64,000 bases of DNA, from NCBI GenBank assembly GCA_944324645.1, contig CALUXB010000001.1:428837-492836 (forward strand), read 5' to 3'. The DNA is from an uncultured Elusimicrobiales bacterium. Lineage in GTDB: Bacteria > Elusimicrobiota > Elusimicrobia > Elusimicrobiales > Elusimicrobiaceae. Of the stretch, positions 1 through 8,498 are shown piece by piece (within the stretch, counting starts at the first letter, position 1; the number at the start of each line of letters is the position of its first letter). The notes below the pieces were generated by a model that was not told where the DNA came from, ran no database searches, and saw nothing but the letters and a program-made list of their open reading frames with translations. Made by a program: the position numbers and the translations under genes.

Positions 1-960
1 TTAGTTTTGATATGGAAATTCTGCTGCGCGTCGTTCTGACTCTTTTGCTGGCTATAGCCATATGGGGTTTGCCAGTGAATGGTATCAGATGAAATAGATT
101 TCGTGCACCGGCGCAAAAAAAGAATGCGCGGTCCGACGGGAGGAGAGGTTGTTCTCCTCCCGCTTGCTGTTTTGTTTTATAGGAAAGGCAAAAGAAGAGG
201 GATTAAAAAGAAGTCTTGGATAGAAAGAATTAAATCCCTTGATAGCACTTAGGTTTCCAAGCCGCAGCAGGCGAATTTGCCCCTAGGCAAGCAGATAGGG
301 ATGCTCAAAGCAGAAAAAATGAGGGGCCCAAATAGGCAAAATGGCGGGGTGGGAAAAAAGGAAAGTTCTTTGCGCGGAGAAGAAAGAGAGATGCATCGGC
401 GCTACTACCCTATAAGGATAAAGGCCGGCGCGCTCAAAAGTAAGGTTAGTAACAAGAAAGTTTTTGGACGAGCAGGGATATTTATTTTATGAAAGCTACC
501 CAGAATATGGCGTTGAAAGAAGAACAGAGCAAAAAGAAAATAGTGAACTCCGGTACAAAATCGTGGGATAAGATTTGCTTAGAAAACCATATTTTTAGGC
601 AAGTGGCCTTGAAAGAAGCGATAGTATATAGCCGTGCGGGGCGGCTGTATGTGCTGGGCGGCGGGGACGTTTTACAAGCCTTAGTGTCTATCTATAATCA
701 TTTTTTTGGCAGGCAGAATGAGCGTTTTATGCGGGCGGCGCGCAGGAATAGGGCGCAAGAAGAATATGCCTTTGCCTGCCACTATGGCCAAGAGGAGAAA
801 CAAATGCCAATCCAAAAACTTTTTTTCTATCTCCCCGGCTGCCGAAAAGGCAGGAAAAGTTAAAATGCCTAAAAGCCGAAAATAAAAAAGCATACCCCTT
901 TCCCTGCAAGAGAAGGGAAAACTTTATCATAAAAAGGCCGGCAAATAGAATGTCCGAATT

Positions 961-1737
961 TTATCTGCGCGCCATTTTCCACATCAGCCGGCGCAAACAG
1001 GTGCGATGGGTAACCGGAAAAACACAAAGCAGCTTGTCTGCAGACAAGGGCAACAGGTTATTGCCGGGTTGGTTGCCAATAAGCAAAGAGAAATGATTGC
1101 GTGCCGTTTGCAATACGGCGGGGCGCTGTGGATTTTCAAACGGGAAATACAGCGCAAGGGGCTTTAATTTATACAGCTGTTGCAGACGGGTTTTGTTTTC
1201 CAGCAATTTCCAGGAAATGTTTTCCGTATCTTCCCCATTGGCGGCAGTCCCATCCAGCGTAGAAGATACAAACTCCACCCGGTTACTTCTTTGAAGTTGT
1301 TGGATTTGGGCCGCGGTGAGCAAGTTTTGCCAAGGGCCCTTTTGGGCCGATTGCCAGGCATTGTATTGGCCGATAAGACCGGCTGAGAGAGCCACTGCGG
1401 CTTTGGCTTGGTATTTTTCCAACAAGGGATAAACATCGGTAAAAAAAGACTGGTATCCCCCTGTAAATAGCAATAAAACCGGGTGTTGCACCTGCGGGGA
1501 ACGGGCCAAATCACGCGGCAGCAGAGGGGTAAAACCGGTTGTTTTTAGACGAGCAAGTAAAGCGGCTAAACGGGCCTGTGAGAGCCCAGCAGAACGGCTG
1601 TTTGTGTGGGCCTGCGCTTCCACTTGGCTGATAAGCAATACCGGCAAAGTGGCTTGTTTGGCGCGCAGTAAGGGACTTATAAACAGTAAAACAGCCGCGA
1701 GAACGCCGGCCAGGCAGATTTCAAATAGCAGTATCAT
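961..1737 (-). CDS. Polysaccharide deacetylase (CE4/NodB)-like protein, probably catalytically inactive
   Basis: N-terminal TM helix. Aligns with the neighbouring deacetylase but has LLFTGGY for TFDDGY and SSTLDG for SHTLSH. Start overlaps the upstream stop (TAATG). Confidence 0.75.
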   Translation of the reverse strand: MILLFEICLAGVLAAVLLFISPLLRAKQATLPVLLISQVEAQAHTNSRSAGLSQARLAALLARLKTTGFTPLLPRDLARSPQVQHPVLLLFTGGYQSFFTDVYPLLEKYQAKAAVALSAGLIGQYNAWQSAQKGPWQNLLTAAQIQQLQRSNRVEFVSSTLDGTAANGEDTENISWKLLENKTRLQQLYKLKPLALYFPFENPQRPAVLQTARNHFSLLIGNQPGNNLLPLSADKLLCVFPVTHRTCLRRLMWKMARR

Positions 1738-2510
1738 TAAAATTTACTCTTTCCGCGGGTAATCTGTATATAAAAATCCGTCAGCGTTTCGCCCCCGCGC
1801 GGAAAAGCGCGCAACAGGGTTTTCTTCCCTTTCCACGGCCACGGGTTGATGCCGGGCTTGGTGCTAAAGTCCAGCGTATAGCCCGCCTGGAAGACCAAGG
1901 GGCGCACCCGTTTATCTAAACCGCCGGAGCCAAAGGGATAGCAAAAAGCTTCACAAGCAACACCAAGTTGCTCCTCTAACGTTTTTTTGCTCTGTGTCAG
2001 TTCCCGCAGCACTTCTTCGTTAGGCAACCGGCGCAGCCGAGCGTGGGAAAGCGTATGTGAGCCAAATTGCACAAGACCGCTTTGCTGCATTTGCTGCACT
2101 TGTTGCCAAGACAAATAGCCGGGCCGGCTGCCAATATAGTCGGTAATCAAGAAGATAAGGACTTTGATATTTCTTTTTTGAAGAATAGGGAAAAGCAAGT
2201 GGTAGTTGTCTTCGTAGCCGTCATCAAAAGTCAGCAGAACGGGTTTGGGGGGCAGCCGCTGGCCGGTGCGGGCCGCTTGTTTTATTTCGTCCACTCCCAC
2301 GGGGGTAAAACCGCATTTTTCCAACATATCCAGTTGTTGTTCAAAACGCTGCGGTGTAATGGTAAAGGGATATTGTTCATTGGCAGCGTCAACCGTTCCA
2401 ATATGATGATACATTAAAGCCAATAACCCTTTTTTGGGCAGCCGCCAAAACTGCCACCGGTATGCCGCTGCCAGTATGAGCAGCAATATAATAATTCCCA
2501 AATAAATCAT
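1737..2510 (-). CDS. Membrane-anchored polysaccharide deacetylase (CE4/NodB)
   Basis: LMYH, TFDDGY, GSHTLSH and FCYPFG motifs; N-terminal anchor. Confidence 0.9.
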   Translation of the reverse strand: MIYLGIIILLLILAAAYRWQFWRLPKKGLLALMYHHIGTVDAANEQYPFTITPQRFEQQLDMLEKCGFTPVGVDEIKQAARTGQRLPPKPVLLTFDDGYEDNYHLLFPILQKRNIKVLIFLITDYIGSRPGYLSWQQVQQMQQSGLVQFGSHTLSHARLRRLPNEEVLRELTQSKKTLEEQLGVACEAFCYPFGSGGLDKRVRPLVFQAGYTLDFSTKPGINPWPWKGKKTLLRAFPRGGETLTDFYIQITRGKSKF

Positions 2511-3265
2511 TTTTTATCCTTTTGTTGTAACGCCCACAGTTTCATATATTTGACAAAAACATAAAAAGCAGATAAAGCCGCCCAAAGGAAGCCGCGCATT
2601 CCGTCTAAAATACCCAATTTGAGTATATAGCGTTTTAAAAAATCAAAAGGCAGGCGTAATAATACGGGGAGAAAATGGAATTTGCGGCCATTTTGGTACA
2701 TTTGGCGCGCCGCCAGCGTGGTATATTTGTTGAACTTATTAAAATATCCTTCCAGACTGTTATAAGGATGATGCGAAATCAAATGCTGCAGATGCCCTAG
2801 GCTGCCGTCCACTTTTAATCCTTCGTGCACTAGGCCGCCTTCGTAATGAGCCTTGTCTTTGCGCACCAGGCGCAGGTGATATTCTTTGTTGAGGCCGCTG
2901 TGCTTCATCTGTTTGCCTAAGAAATAGTTGGAAAAAGGGATATAAAAACCCGCGTGGGAAGTTTGTTCCACGGTGCGGCGTATTTCTTCACAAAGGGCGG
3001 GGGAAAGCGTTTCGTCTGCGTCTAGGTTTAGTGCCCAAGGATGTGTGACCAGATTTAAGGCAAAGTTCTTCTGGTTGGTAAAGCTGTCAAAAGCACGCCG
3101 GAACGTTTTAGCGCCTAAGGTCTGGGCAATTTGGACGGTCTTGTCTTCTGAAAAACCATCCACCACAATAACCTCGCTTACCAAATTTTTGGCGCTTAAA
3201 ATGCAGGCTTGGATATTGGCTTCTTCATTCTTGGCAATAATGAAAAGGCTTATTTTTTCAGGCAC
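2507..3265 (-). CDS. Glycosyltransferase family 2 (WaaE/KdtX-like LPS glucosyltransferase)
   Basis: IIAKNEE, VVDGFSED, LDADE motifs. GTG start at 3265 follows AAGGAG; the ORF-track start at 3454 is probably too long. Confidence 0.88.
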   Translation of the reverse strand: MPEKISLFIIAKNEEANIQACILSAKNLVSEVIVVDGFSEDKTVQIAQTLGAKTFRRAFDSFTNQKNFALNLVTHPWALNLDADETLSPALCEEIRRTVEQTSHAGFYIPFSNYFLGKQMKHSGLNKEYHLRLVRKDKAHYEGGLVHEGLKVDGSLGHLQHLISHHPYNSLEGYFNKFNKYTTLAARQMYQNGRKFHFLPVLLRLPFDFLKRYILKLGILDGMRGFLWAALSAFYVFVKYMKLWALQQKDKK

Positions 3266-3529
3266 GGTGATCTCCTTTTTATTCATTTTATCATATCCGG
3301 GCGGGGATACAATAAAAAACCCCCGGCAGTGCCGGGGGAAAGGGGAACCGCTGCAGCAGGGTTTGGGACTGCAGCGGTTTGGGGGTAAAGGGGTTTCTGA
3401 ACAAATATAATCTATCATTTGCCTGCCACAAAACGACAGGGCCTTAGGGCCCAATTTGCCAAAAAATTTGTGCCTAGAAGAAATTGGGTCTTTTGTGCTA
3501 TAATTTTTTGGGACTTGGGAGGAAAAAAT

Positions 3530-4129
3530 ATGAAAAAAATTTTGCTCTTATTAGCTGTAATAAGCTGTTGTGCCTGCCAAACATTGCCTACTTCTACGGA
3601 ATGGAAAGTGCGCGGGGACGGATATTTTAAAGACGGCAAAGCGCAGAAAGCGTTGGCAGCGTATAACCGGGCGCTGAAATTAAATCCGGAAAATGGCAGC
3701 GTGTATGCTGCCCGGGGTGCCGCCTATTTTTTTACTGGGGAATATGCCGCGGCCCAAAAAGATTTTGAGAAAGTATTAGAAATTAACCCGTACGAGCCGG
3801 AAGGTTATTCGGCCTTGGGGTCTGTTTTAGCTGCGCAAGGGCATTATGACGATGCATTAAAAATATTAAATGTTGCTTTGGTGCTGGCTCCTAATAAACC
3901 GGAAATCTTCTTTTCCCGGGGGGGCATTAATTTTATGTTGGGTAAGTATGACCAGGCGGTGGCCGATTATTCGTATGTAATCAATTTGCGCCCGGCAGCG
4001 GACGTATATAATGCCCGCGGAGCGGCTTATTTGAAAATGGGAGACCAGGCCGCTGCAGACAAAGATTTTGAAATGGCAAAAAGCGGACAAGTGCCCGAAA
4101 AGTTAAACGATTATTCTATGATAGACTAA
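3530..4129 (+). CDS. TPR-repeat protein, putative lipoprotein
   Basis: MKKILLLLAVISCCAC signal after GGAGG; repeated TPR patterns (A..YNRAL.LNP, A..DF..VL..NP). Confidence 0.85.
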   Translation: MKKILLLLAVISCCACQTLPTSTEWKVRGDGYFKDGKAQKALAAYNRALKLNPENGSVYAARGAAYFFTGEYAAAQKDFEKVLEINPYEPEGYSALGSVLAAQGHYDDALKILNVALVLAPNKPEIFFSRGGINFMLGKYDQAVADYSYVINLRPAADVYNARGAAYLKMGDQAAADKDFEMAKSGQVPEKLNDYSMID

Positions 4130-4158
4130 GGGTTTTTACGTCAAAAAGCGCGGCGGGA

Positions 4159-4188
4159 TTGCAAGGTCTGGTGCGCTTTTGATATAAT
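4159..4188 (+). promoter_or_regulatory. Sigma70-type promoter of the tRNA gene
   Basis: TTGCAA-18 nt-TATAAT just upstream of the tRNA. Confidence 0.6.
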
Positions 4189-4205
4189 ATGTATATCCAA
4201 TTTAC

Positions 4206-4282
4206 GTCACCGTAGCTCAGCTGGTTAGAGCGAGCGTTTCATAAGCGCTAGGTCGGTGGTTCGAGCCCACCCGGTGACACCA
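4206..4282 (+). tRNA. tRNA with CAT anticodon (elongator Met or Ile2), CCA encoded
   Basis: Acceptor GTCACCG/CGGTGAC, D-arm TAGCTCAGCTGGTTAGAGC, anticodon loop TTCATAA, T-loop GGTTCGAG, 3' ACCA. The G1-C72 pair argues against initiator. Confidence 0.95.
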
Positions 4283-4287
4283 TATAA

Positions 4288-4315
4288 AGCCTCTTCTTCA
4301 AGAAGAGGTTTTTTT
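4288..4315 (+). terminator. Intrinsic terminator after the tRNA
   Basis: CCTCTTCT-tca-AGAAGAGG followed by a T run. Confidence 0.8.
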
Positions 4316-4433
4316 ATGTCCGGATGATTTTTAGCACCGTGCATTGCTGGAGAAAACGGACGGAATGTAACAGTAAAGCGGCCGGCTGGGTGGCATTTTC
4401 CGGTTTGTTGCTAAATTTGCTATAGTAATTTCA

Positions 4434-5660
4434 ATGAAAAACACAGATTTATATGATGTTATTATCGTCGGAGCTGGGGCCAGCGGGCTGATGTGCGCCC
4501 TGCAATGTGCCCGGCGGGGAAAGCGGGTGCTGTTGTTGGAAAAAGAGGGGCAGCCGGGCCGCAAAATTTTGGTCAGCGGAAATGGCCGCTGTAATTTGAC
4601 TAACGTGTATGTGTCGGCTGAAAACTATCAGGGCAGCCAGCAGCTGGTGCAGGCGGTATTGCAAAAGTTTCCGTTTCAAAAATGTTTGGCTTTTTTTCAT
4701 AGTTTAGGTGTCTTGACTGTGCAAGAAGAGGCAGGCCGTGTGTTTCCCCGTACGGGCAAATCTACTGCGGTGGCAGAGGCGTTGCGCCTGGCTTGCGCTG
4801 AAGCAGGCGTTGAGTTAAAAACCAATAGCCGTGTGGTCAAAATAGAAAAGAAGCAATCTTTTCGTGTTACTTTGCAAACGGCGGAATCATTTTATGGCAA
4901 GTATTGTGTATTGGCCTGCGGCTCTAAAGCTTATCCGCAAGTGGGGGGAACAGAAGACGGGTATGCGTTGGCACGTGCGCTGGGGCATCATATTGAGCCG
5001 TTAACACCGGCCTTATGCGCATTAAATGTAAAAGAAAAAGCGGTGGCCCGCCTGCAAGGGATTCGGGCCCAGGTGCGGGTGCGGGTGTGGCCGGGAACGG
5101 CCCAGGAAATACAAAATGAAGGAGAAGTGTTATTTACCTCTTATGGGCTTTCCGGGCCGGCGGTGCTGAATGTAAGCGGGGCTGTCAGCCGTGCATTAAA
5201 ACGGGGGGCGGTCCCATTTGCCTTGGATTTGTTGCCTGAAGTGCCCAATAAACAGGCTTTATTAAAAGAAAGAGCGGCCCTTTTTTCCCAACGCAGAGCT
5301 AAAGAGTTTTTTGCAGGTTTATTGCACGAAAATATAGCCAATTTGCTTATTGATTTTGCAGGCATACGTAAAAATGTGCCTGTTAAAGAATGGACCCCTA
5401 ATACCTGGCAAACGGTCGCCCGCACTATTGGGGCGTGGCCGTTTAGCGTGGTGTCGGCCCGCCCGTGGACTGAGGCGATGGCCGCGGCGGGGGGTGTAAA
5501 TTGCGCCGAAATAAACTATAATACATTGGAGTCGCTGTGCTGCCCCGGACTGTATATATTAGGGGAACTGTTAGATGTTGACGGGCGCAGCGGAGGATTT
5601 AATTTACATTTTGCCTGGGGCTGCGGTTTTACAGCGGCCTTAGCTATGCCGGAGGATTAA
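4434..5660 (+). CDS. HI0933/YhiN/BaiN-family flavoprotein
   Basis: GAGASG dinucleotide motif, GRKILVSGNGRCNLTN, GELLDVDGRSGGFNLHFAW. Confidence 0.93.
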   Translation: MKNTDLYDVIIVGAGASGLMCALQCARRGKRVLLLEKEGQPGRKILVSGNGRCNLTNVYVSAENYQGSQQLVQAVLQKFPFQKCLAFFHSLGVLTVQEEAGRVFPRTGKSTAVAEALRLACAEAGVELKTNSRVVKIEKKQSFRVTLQTAESFYGKYCVLACGSKAYPQVGGTEDGYALARALGHHIEPLTPALCALNVKEKAVARLQGIRAQVRVRVWPGTAQEIQNEGEVLFTSYGLSGPAVLNVSGAVSRALKRGAVPFALDLLPEVPNKQALLKERAALFSQRRAKEFFAGLLHENIANLLIDFAGIRKNVPVKEWTPNTWQTVARTIGAWPFSVVSARPWTEAMAAAGGVNCAEINYNTLESLCCPGLYILGELLDVDGRSGGFNLHFAWGCGFTAALAMPED

Positions 5661-5663
5661 TCT

Positions 5664-6335
5664 ATGGCAGATATCGTACGTAAAACCGTCAGTTTGGATG
5701 ACCCATTGAATATAGGCTTTGTAAGGACCTATTTGGTGGACGGCAAAGAAGTGTACCGGGAAACGTTGGATAAAAATTTGGATATTGTTAAAAAAGAGGG
5801 ATCTTTGCCCGATGGTACAGTAAAAGAATTTTTTGAAAACGGCAAAGTGTATTTTGAATGTGAATTTAAAAATGGCGTGCGCAACGGTAAATGCCGTATC
5901 TTTTTTGAAAATGGCCGGGTAAGTATTGAAAAATCCTATGAAAACGGCCAGCTGGAAGGTATTGTGCGCGTGTATCATCCGACAGGCCGTTTGCACAAAG
6001 AAATGCATTACGCAGCGGATTGCCAAGAAGGCCGGCAAACGAAATATTACCCTTCCGGGAAAATTTTAGAAGTAGCCGAATATAAAAAAGGCTACTTAAA
6101 CGGTCTGTGCCGTGTATATACGCAGGATGGGGATTTGCGTTCGGAATGTTCTTATAAGAATGACAAAATTATTGGGGATAAAATTGTCTATCACCCCAAT
6201 GGCACCATCGCTTTGATTTCTCCGCATAAAGACGGCAAACCCAATGGAGTAACCAAAAAATTCAGTGAAACGGGCGAATTAATTGAAGAATGGTTTTTTG
6301 AAGACGGCGTATTAACGCTGAAAAAAGTCTATTAA
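5664..6335 (+). CDS. MORN-variant repeat protein (YwqK-like)
   Basis: Repeated (F/Y)(F/Y)ENG...E..YKNG..NG units. Confidence 0.85.
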   Translation: MADIVRKTVSLDDPLNIGFVRTYLVDGKEVYRETLDKNLDIVKKEGSLPDGTVKEFFENGKVYFECEFKNGVRNGKCRIFFENGRVSIEKSYENGQLEGIVRVYHPTGRLHKEMHYAADCQEGRQTKYYPSGKILEVAEYKKGYLNGLCRVYTQDGDLRSECSYKNDKIIGDKIVYHPNGTIALISPHKDGKPNGVTKKFSETGELIEEWFFEDGVLTLKKVY

Positions 6336-6348
6336 TTGTTTTAAGTCC

Positions 6349-6388
6349 ACAAGAGCCCCGGTGTGAAAACCGGGGCTCTTGTGTTTTA
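6349..6388 (+). terminator. Intrinsic terminator
   Basis: 14-bp stem ACAAGAGCCCCGGT/ACCGGGGCTCTTGT with T-rich tail. Confidence 0.8.
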
Positions 6389-6487
6389 TTTCTGATTTGT
6401 TTTGATGTGATGTTTATTGGCTTTGCATTTTACAGAAACCAAGGCGCTAATAGGTTTTGAAACGTATTTTAGAAAAGAAATATCTGT

Positions 6488-6520
6488 AAAAAACCCGCCG
6501 TTTCCGGCGGGTTTTGGTTT
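6488..6520. terminator. Bidirectional terminator
   Basis: AAAACCCGCCG-tttc-CGGCGGGTTTT. Confidence 0.75.
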
Positions 6521-6532
6521 GCTTATGAAAAC

Positions 6533-6835
6533 TTATTCTTCTGCTGTGGGGGCGGGAGCTTCTTCTTCATATTCTTCGTTATAGTCGCGTACAAAGAGCA
6601 AGATGTAGGCCAGCAGCGAGCCACCAAAGAACATTAAGAATGCATAAGAAAACCACCACAGTTGGGTAAAGGGGTTGTAGTCCAATTTGATAGACTGCCA
6701 TACCAAAGATACCTGAATGCACATCAGATATACCCATACCACAATGGTGATGACTTTGACGCATAAATCCGTCAAACCCCACCAAAAACCCTTCACTGAA
6801 AACGGCTTAACAAAAAGTTGATGTAACATAGTCAT
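6533..6835 (-). CDS. Small membrane protein with two TM helices and an acidic tail
   Basis: Two hydrophobic segments; C-terminal YNEEYEEEAPAPTAEE. Confidence 0.7.
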   Translation of the reverse strand: MTMLHQLFVKPFSVKGFWWGLTDLCVKVITIVVWVYLMCIQVSLVWQSIKLDYNPFTQLWWFSYAFLMFFGGSLLAYILLFVRDYNEEYEEEAPAPTAEE

Positions 6836-6873
6836 AGTTTATTGTAATCCTATTAAGGCGTATTGTCAAATTT

Positions 6874-7659
6874 TTACGGTTGGAAAGCCGGATCTGTGGC
6901 ATTGTAGCCAAAGCCGCTTTGGCCCATTACGCCCCCATCCGTAAAGCCGGCCGGTGCTGCGCCGTTTGCCGTGTTGTTTTGATACAAAGGATCATTTTGC
7001 AGGGCTTGGGCTTGTTGAATTTCGGCCGCAGGGGTTTGCGCCGTGTCGGCAGGCAGGGCCGCATTCTGTGCAGGGGTCGTTTGAACTCCGGCCGAATAAG
7101 CCGGATAAGCGGTTGTATTTTGCCCTATAGTGTAAGCCGCTGCCGGTGCTGTGGGCGAGGCAGCCTGCCAAGCATCTTCTGCCGGGGCTTCTTCTTGTGT
7201 AGCTGGGGCCGCTTTCATTTGCCGGGCGGGTTTAGTAAGGCTTTTGGAGCCTTTAGCGCCGGTTTTTTCTTGGGAATGCCCCAGCGCTTCCAAAGCTACG
7301 GCGTGGGCGCTGTCGTCATTTAAGCGCGGCAGAATGTCATTGCGAAAAGCGGGATAATCATCTCTGTCTATATATTCTTGAGAGATAGGCTGCTGGGTGT
7401 ATGTTTTTGTTACTTCTTGTTCTGTTGCACTTTTTTTCGTTTTAGGTTTGGGATATTGAACGGAATATACATCAGAGAGAACAACTTCCGTTACCGGTGT
7501 GTCGTCCGCCTCTTGCGGCTCTTCGGTCAGACAATAGTCCACACGTTCTGCCGTAGAAGCGTCTTGGTGTTTATCCACCCGGGTTTCACAGGTAGATACA
7601 GCCGCCAGCACCGGGGCCGCGGCCACGCACAATACAAAAAAAGAAAACAGTTTTTTCAT
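6874..7659 (-). CDS. Secreted hypothetical protein with a small Cys-containing domain and a long Ala/Pro/Gln/Thr-rich tail
   Basis: Signal peptide MKKLFSFFVLCVAAAPVLA after GGAG. Confidence 0.75.
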   Translation of the reverse strand: MKKLFSFFVLCVAAAPVLAAVSTCETRVDKHQDASTAERVDYCLTEEPQEADDTPVTEVVLSDVYSVQYPKPKTKKSATEQEVTKTYTQQPISQEYIDRDDYPAFRNDILPRLNDDSAHAVALEALGHSQEKTGAKGSKSLTKPARQMKAAPATQEEAPAEDAWQAASPTAPAAAYTIGQNTTAYPAYSAGVQTTPAQNAALPADTAQTPAAEIQQAQALQNDPLYQNNTANGAAPAGFTDGGVMGQSGFGYNATDPAFQP

Positions 7660-7792
7660 AATTACTCCGTACATACGAAGATACTTTATTATACAAAAAC
7701 TGGGTCTGTTGGCAATACAAAATGCGTACATTTTGTTGGAAAGTAGAAAACGAAAAATTGTTTCCCAATAGATTTAGAAAGGGCTTGCTTTG

Positions 7793-7838
7793 TTTTTTTT
7801 TTTTGATAAATTTTATCGGAAGATAAAATTTATCAAAA
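7793..7838. repeat. T12 tract plus perfect 17-bp inverted repeat (pilin upstream element, copy A)
   Basis: T12 at 7793-7804. TTTTGATAAATTTTATC (7801-7817), GGAA loop, GATAAAATTTATCAAAA (7822-7838). Confidence 0.95.
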
Positions 7839-7850
7839 GAGGTCCCCAAA

Positions 7851-8447
7851 ATGAAAATGCTGTTAGAGCGCAAAATAGCGGGGTTTACGCTTATTGAACT
7901 GTTAGTGGTAGTGTTGATTATAGGTATTTTGGCAGCGATTGCACTGCCGCAATATCAGAAAATTGTGGCAAAAACCCGAGTAAGTACCTATTTGCCCGTT
8001 TTAAAAGCTTGGGCCGAAGCAGAAGAACGTTATTTTATAGCTAATGGAAGTTATCCTCCATCTTCCAGCAATGCGGAAGAAATTGAACAGTATTTAGATA
8101 TAGAGTTGTCTAAGATAGTGGAAAATGACAAATCTATGATTGTTATGTCTTTAAAAAATAATTCGTTCTATTCATCTGTTTTGATGAAGTTTTTTGGTGT
8201 TGGTCACTCTAAAATTGTGATTTTATCAAAGATGTTGCAAGGATCGCGTTTATATGGAAATTTATCAACTGAAATTGGTTGTATGGTAATGGACGAGGAG
8301 ACGTTAGATATTTGTACAGCAATATGTGGTCATCAAACTGTGGGGAGAGTCTTTTTTTATGACGAATTTGGTTGTTTAATAGGTAACGGAAATCCTCAGG
8401 CGTATCCAAGAGGCTCCTTTTTATCTGTAGATCCTGCATATAAATAA
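7851..8447 (+). CDS. Type IV pilin-like (PilE-like) protein
   Basis: G|FTLIELLVVVLIIGILAAIALPQY with E5; RBS AAGAGG; visibly AT-richer than flanks. Confidence 0.9.
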   Translation: MKMLLERKIAGFTLIELLVVVLIIGILAAIALPQYQKIVAKTRVSTYLPVLKAWAEAEERYFIANGSYPPSSSNAEEIEQYLDIELSKIVENDKSMIVMSLKNNSFYSSVLMKFFGVGHSKIVILSKMLQGSRLYGNLSTEIGCMVMDEETLDICTAICGHQTVGRVFFYDEFGCLIGNGNPQAYPRGSFLSVDPAYK

Positions 8448-8452
8448 GCCTT

Positions 8453-8489
8453 AAAAAACCCCCGCTTGTCAGAGCGGGGGTTTTGTTTT
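8453..8489. terminator. Bidirectional terminator between the pilin gene and adhE
   Basis: AAAACCCCCGCT-tgtcag-AGCGGGGGTTTT. Confidence 0.8.
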
Positions 8490-8498
8490 CAAAGCAGG

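Noticed and set aside
277-930. ORF-track entries 277-492, 489-863, 681-893 and 727-930
   Set aside because: No recognisable motifs or convincing RBS, compositionally biased, and mutually overlapping.
5664-6335. MORN-variant protein as antitoxin of a TA pair
   Set aside because: No toxin-like neighbour; the repeat is common in standalone proteins.
7793-7838. T12/IR elements as intrinsic terminators or DGR hairpins
   Set aside because: The T run precedes the stem on plus and an A run follows it on minus. No reverse transcriptase or TR/VR pair is visible, and the elements are upstream of the pilins.
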